DNA of 63,986 nt, the filler included, from Barthelona sp. PAP020 (Eukaryota), in the NCBI GenBank assembly GCA_040182905.1. It is 7 parts of 7 records of this genome, joined end to end, with 100 filler letters (N's around TTAATTAATTAA, not from the genome) between each part and the next. Parts side by side here need not be neighbours in the genome. Positions count along the whole stretch, not along the records: positions 56,721 to 63,986 come from JARQWU010000498.1; 6 more parts are not named here. One strand, 5' to 3'. The first letter of the stretch is position 1. Each line of letters begins with the position of its first letter. Shown here piece after piece: positions 59,969 to 63,986 of this stretch. The position numbers were made by a program, and so were the translations under genes. Under the pieces are notes generated by a model. It did no database searches. It saw only the letters and a list, made by a program, of their open reading frames with translations, and was not told where the DNA came from.

Positions 59969-62860
59969 CTAGTCCTCCCGACTAGGTTCCATCCAACTCG
60001 TATATAAATCTGTGGTCTTTGCGCTCCTGTGCTGTAGCTGATTTTGAACCTCCTTCCGAGCGTCTTCCGAGGACTTACCACTTCTACGTTTTTGTTGGAA
60101 TTCAGTTGAAGCAAATGCTCGCCTGAAGTCATGAGGATTTATCCCCTCTAACTCGAGTTGCTTCTTGGCTTTGACGTACAGTTCATTGAACTCCCGCTCC
60201 GTGGGAGATATTTTGTCTTTGAACAGCAGGTACTGGTGTTTATCGTTGCATAATCTTACTCTTCTAAGCAGGTGTTTGCCTGGTCCGTATGTGGATTTGT
60301 ATTTAGGTATTGTTGCCGATACTTGTCCTACTTTTAAACCATTTGTTCCTACGGCATGTAAGATTATATTGTTTTCTTCGTCAAACCATTCTGAATTAAA
60401 TGCTCTATTGTTTGCTACCCTTATGGCTTCACCTATGCGCAATCCTGTTGTGCATAAGATAGCTAGCAGAGTCTTCAGCGGTTCCTCGAAGTCTTTTGCA
60501 CTTTGTTCCCAGTCTACTGACAGTTGTATGGCCGCGCCAACTCCTTTTACTGTCTTGTGTTCAGCATTTACGTCTAGTTTCTTTTGAATGTTGTCTTTTC
60601 TCCTAAGCGACTGTAAAGTCTTTTTTGCGTATATTATGTATGGGCTTTGTTCTAGCTCAAAAGCTAGCTTTGGGTCTCTGATTTTTATCGCGCTTAGGAT
60701 CGCAGTGAGTACGCTCGACAGCGTTGAGGTTTTCCTCCTCTTCTCCTTTAAATGTCCCATGTATGCTACCAGGGATTCCGGTGAGATTTTTCTCACTCTA
60801 TTTGTGGCTAGGAAACTCTTAAAACGCCTTAGATTTGCTTCATAATTCTTCTCGGTTGATTCCTTCCTACCCGAGTTAATAAATTTAAGCGCTTCTGCTT
60901 CAATACTTGAAGTATAAGAGTTATCGTTGTTTTTATGTGATTTTAACCATTTATTGAACGGGACCTCTTCCGGTCCTATGCTATGTCTAATAGTTTTATC
61001 TAGGCTGCCTTCTTTCAACGCATTTATTATCCATTGTTGTAATATATCCCCTTGATCTCCTTTCAGGAAAAGTTTGCCTTCGTTGTCTATCAACGGTTTA
61101 AAGTTAATGAAGAAATTGGGTTTTCCCTTCAACCAGCCTCCTTGTTTCAATCCTAGTTCCGCCCTTTCACGTAATTCTATCGGCAATCCTGTTGTGCTGG
61201 TAGGGGTCGTATTATTGTCCATTTTTGGTAATTCTCTTGTCCTTGTAATATCCTTATACGTAACTGTTGCCTCTTTTGCTCTTTTTCCTGAATTCGGTCG
61301 ATCATATCCTCCTTTGTCCAATCTCGGCCAGAAAGGTACATTGTCTAAGGGGTTTATGAAAGATCTCGGGCTACCTCTTATATCCAAGCATTTTGGTAAT
61401 GATGGCGGTTCTAACTGTTTAGTCTCATCAGAAAAATTTCTACTAATCTGATCGGCTCTTACATTCATCTTGGTTTCAATGTAATCCACTTGTAAGAAAC
61501 AGAAATTGTTTTCCACTATTTCAAAACATTCCTCCGCCAGTCTAGCCATTACTCTTTTCTTGGTTTTACCTCTGATAGCTGATATTGCGTTCATGTTATC
61601 ACAATAGATGTGAATGAATGTACTGTCTCCCAGTCTTTTTTCCTTCTCTAGCCAATTTAAGGTTTCTTTTATTGTCTCTAATTCTCTAACTGCAATGTTG
61701 TCCTGACCCTTTATATTTAAACTTATTGTTTCATTTGTATTGAAAATGTAGAATCCTGCTCCATCCATGGACGCGTCTGTTGCGGTGAACAATACCTCCC
61801 TGGGTAATTGTATTTCTACTTCCTGCAAACTAAGGATTCTCTCTTTCATGGCCCTGAGTGTTACCTTCTCTTCAGGTGACAAGTTAACCTTAACATGTCT
61901 ATTGGTTGATTTTATTCCTTGTAACTTATTAATCAAAAACATTCTCTCTTTGAATAACGTTTTATGAAAATTAAATGCGAACTCTATGTACCCATTGAGT
62001 TTCTGCAGTAGCAATAACGACTCTTTGCTTATTAGTTTAATTATTGTGTCGACTATCTTACTAATCTTATCTTCCGTTATACAAATGAATGCCTTGTCGT
62101 CTCCTAAAGTTATTCTCCAACCCCTGAATGTCACAACTCTTTGTGGAACTAGTGATGATTTCTTTATGTTGATTGTTAGATTAAACCCTTGCAATACCTC
62201 TTTGGTAATTTTAATATTTTCCTCACATTCTCTGAAATTCTTACCCAAGATCAAAAGATCGTCTAAGTAGAAAGTAGTTGTAACTCCCTTCTTTCTTAAT
62301 ATTTTCACGATTTCCGCCATCAGTGATGCAAAGTAAACCGGGGCGTCCGACAGTCCAAATGGAAGCGAAACCGGTTCAAACAATTGGTTGTTGAATTTTA
62401 TAGTTGCATCCTTCGAGTATTTTGGGTCCACCTTCAGATGGTGGTATCCATCCTTAAGGTCAATTGCTGTACCCCAATTATTTCCTAGGAAAATCAGGGG
62501 AGTCAACTCTTCATATGAGAATGGGAAAATCCTACACCTAGCATTTAATTGTCTGTAGTCGAAAATTGGTCTCAAGCTCCCATCCTTTTTGGGTGCAAAA
62601 AATACTGGAGCTACTAGTTCTGGTTCTCTCTTACCTGTAAAATGTTTAATCCTGCCTTCTTCTATCATTCTCCTCATCACTTTCACTTGTTCTTTGGTAA
62701 CTTTATAATTTGAAGTTATCTTCTTTCCAACTGGGCCTTCCCGTTGTATGATCGGTACTCCCCTCTCAATTGCCCTATTGAGCTGAGTTTTCCCTTCAAA
62801 ACATCCTATCACTTTCATTTGATTACTCTTCCTTTCCACTTTTTCTTTCTCTTCTGTCAT
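59969..62860 (-). CDS. Pol: reverse transcriptase - RNase H - tyrosine recombinase in one ORF
   Basis: RT: PVFFAPKKDGSLRPIFDYRQLN, IDLKDGYHH, LPFGLSDAP, YLDD (62258-62269). RNase H: TDAS, RELETI, YCDN, NVRADQISR. YR: STEKNY, GLRIGEA, HDFRR, LQHRS..TT.LY. Confidence 0.93.
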   Translation of the reverse strand: MTEEKEKVERKSNQMKVIGCFEGKTQLNRAIERGVPIIQREGPVGKKITSNYKVTKEQVKVMRRMIEEGRIKHFTGKREPELVAPVFFAPKKDGSLRPIFDYRQLNARCRIFPFSYEELTPLIFLGNNWGTAIDLKDGYHHLKVDPKYSKDATIKFNNQLFEPVSLPFGLSDAPVYFASLMAEIVKILRKKGVTTTFYLDDLLILGKNFRECEENIKITKEVLQGFNLTINIKKSSLVPQRVVTFRGWRITLGDDKAFICITEDKISKIVDTIIKLISKESLLLLQKLNGYIEFAFNFHKTLFKERMFLINKLQGIKSTNRHVKVNLSPEEKVTLRAMKERILSLQEVEIQLPREVLFTATDASMDGAGFYIFNTNETISLNIKGQDNIAVRELETIKETLNWLEKEKRLGDSTFIHIYCDNMNAISAIRGKTKKRVMARLAEECFEIVENNFCFLQVDYIETKMNVRADQISRNFSDETKQLEPPSLPKCLDIRGSPRSFINPLDNVPFWPRLDKGGYDRPNSGKRAKEATVTYKDITRTRELPKMDNNTTPTSTTGLPIELRERAELGLKQGGWLKGKPNFFINFKPLIDNEGKLFLKGDQGDILQQWIINALKEGSLDKTIRHSIGPEEVPFNKWLKSHKNNDNSYTSSIEAEALKFINSGRKESTEKNYEANLRRFKSFLATNRVRKISPESLVAYMGHLKEKRRKTSTLSSVLTAILSAIKIRDPKLAFELEQSPYIIYAKKTLQSLRRKDNIQKKLDVNAEHKTVKGVGAAIQLSVDWEQSAKDFEEPLKTLLAILCTTGLRIGEAIRVANNRAFNSEWFDEENNIILHAVGTNGLKVGQVSATIPKYKSTYGPGKHLLRRVRLCNDKHQYLLFKDKISPTEREFNELYVKAKKQLELEGINPHDFRRAFASTEFQQKRRSGKSSEDARKEVQNQLQHRSAKTTDLYTSWMEPSRED

Positions 62861-63548
62861 TTCCTCGAAAAAACTTTCTTCTATTGTTTTCCTTGGATAC
62901 CCTACGGTTATTATTCTTCTTTGCTACGATCGGTAGGTATTCCTTTGGAATCCCCAATACTTCCATGAGGGATTCTCTAAATGTTGGCACCCAAGTCCTT
63001 CCACCCGTCGTATGTTTGTTTTGTCCAATTATTGATGCTAACAATTTTAGAACATCCTCTTCGTCCTCAAGCAACTTTGTCATAATGACAGTTAACTGTA
63101 CCAATTCTGAAGCTCTCGCTCTTTCTTCTGTTTCTGTTGGCATCCCTGGGTAAAATGTATACAGATATGTTCTTCCATCATCCATGAGTTCATTAATTAG
63201 ATTTCTGGATTTTCTGATCAATTCCCATTCTGATGCAACTCTTGTTCTATCTACATTCTCTTGGATGTCTTGGTTTACCATTTTCTGTTGATTTATCATG
63301 GCTTGGAGCATTGTTTGCTGGTCCATCATGGTTTGATACATTTCCTGCATCCCTCTCATACTTTCTTGTATGAATTGTCGGGTGTAAGCCTGTTCAGTAT
63401 CTGACATTTCATCTTCAGAAGACATCTCACCGACTTCCTCTACTTCCTTTGGGTCGGTCTGTTCTTGAGTCTGCAGTAGTTGTGCAGATCTTGTTCTCTG
63501 CTTCTTATCTTTTTGGTTAGTTGTGGTATTCTTATTGCTTGTGGTCAT
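62823..63548 (-). CDS. Gag-like ORF1 of the YR retroelement
   Basis: 241 aa immediately upstream of pol, overlapping it by 38 nt; coiled-coil centre and basic Arg/Lys-rich C-terminus. Assigned by position only. Confidence 0.65.
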   Translation of the reverse strand: MTTSNKNTTTNQKDKKQRTRSAQLLQTQEQTDPKEVEEVGEMSSEDEMSDTEQAYTRQFIQESMRGMQEMYQTMMDQQTMLQAMINQQKMVNQDIQENVDRTRVASEWELIRKSRNLINELMDDGRTYLYTFYPGMPTETEERARASELVQLTVIMTKLLEDEEDVLKLLASIIGQNKHTTGGRTWVPTFRESLMEVLGIPKEYLPIVAKKNNNRRVSKENNRRKFFRGNDRRERKSGKEE

Positions 63549-63597
63549 TACTAGTTGTAATCTAATTGGAAACTAAGATAAATTTCTTGTGGAAAAG

Positions 63598-63843
63598 TCA
63601 AATATTGGTAAATATTTGTAAATGTTTGTGAATGTTTTGAATCTCCTTTACCCTCGAACTCTGCGGAATTGTCTCGGTTTCAATTCGGGAAAGTTCAGGT
63701 ACTTTTTCCTTTAATATACGTCTATGAATGCTAAACTCCAGCCATTCATTACTTGATGTTGCCTCGTCAATTATTCTCTCTACCAGTAAACAAAATTTGT
63801 TCTCAAATTCGGAGGTTCGACTCGAAATGTTTCGGACTTTCAT
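63598..63843 (-). CDS. Possible small ORF0 (81 aa) of the retroelement
   Basis: ATG-initiated ORF filling the space between repeat A1 and ORF1, on the element strand. Confidence 0.35.
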   Translation of the reverse strand: MKVRNISSRTSEFENKFCLLVERIIDEATSSNEWLEFSIHRRILKEKVPELSRIETETIPQSSRVKEIQNIHKHLQIFTNI

Positions 63844-63865
63844 CCTTACATCTCTCGACAGCTAA

Positions 63866-63978
63866 AGGTCAAAAATTTGGGGGTAGGTTAAGGAAAAGTT
63901 CCGTACCTCGAGGGAAAAAGGAAGAATCGGAAAATTTCGATTCGCCAAAAATAATAGGCTTGTGAACAACCCTCATTT
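63866..63978 (-). repeat. Terminal block A1 (about 113 bp)
   Basis: Direct repeat of 59338-59449 with few differences; inverted diverged copy starting at 58108. Confidence 0.92.
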
Positions 63979-63986
63979 TTTTTTTT

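Larger units (their letters stand above)
59762..63978 (-). mobile_element. Tyrosine-recombinase retrotransposon (DIRS/Ngaro/PAT-like order), apparently intact
   Basis: 5' block A1, small ORF0, gag-like ORF, RT-RNaseH-YR ORF, 3' block B1; less AT-rich than the host genes. The 3' boundary may extend to about 59072 if A2-C-B2 belongs to it. Confidence 0.9.

Noticed and set aside
60165..62270. Several + strand ORFs antisense to pol
   Set aside because: No recognisable motifs; expected shadows of the pol codon usage.
1..63986. Non-standard genetic code
   Set aside because: TAA, TAG and TGA all end recognisable genes at the expected positions, and the two interruptions found are explained by GT-AG introns.

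Overview
AT-rich, very gene-dense, intron-poor nuclear DNA of a flagellated microbial eukaryote; cilia genes (RSPH4/6, TMEM216/17, DLEC1) and bacterial-type enzymes would fit an anaerobic or metamonad-like protist, but the taxon cannot be fixed from this window. It is not one locus: seven contigs of decreasing length are joined by artificial 100-nt N/TTAATTAATTAA spacers. It contains about 30 protein genes (proteasome alpha, BCH-RhoGAP, GAS2-domain protein, Cdt1-like, DWNN, VPS24, four-domain EEEE channel, TudS/DUF523, MSH2, SNARE, eIF2alpha, TRAPPC1, ankyrin, kinase-WD40, Slu7-like, POP4, SLC35F6-like, a large receptor-like protein), two tRNAs, two tiny introns and two families of short Helentron-like repeats. 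Most notable: (1) an intact tyrosine-recombinase retrotransposon whose RT, RNase H and an integrase-like recombinase lie in one ORF, with a candidate UUU_CGA +1 gag-pol frameshift and short A-C-B terminal derivatives; (2) an intact host-like gene encoding an apparently catalytically dead non-LTR-type RT; (3) a B-box-plus-repeat cassette at almost the same distance downstream of both tRNA genes. All protein identities come from motif recognition by eye, not database searches.
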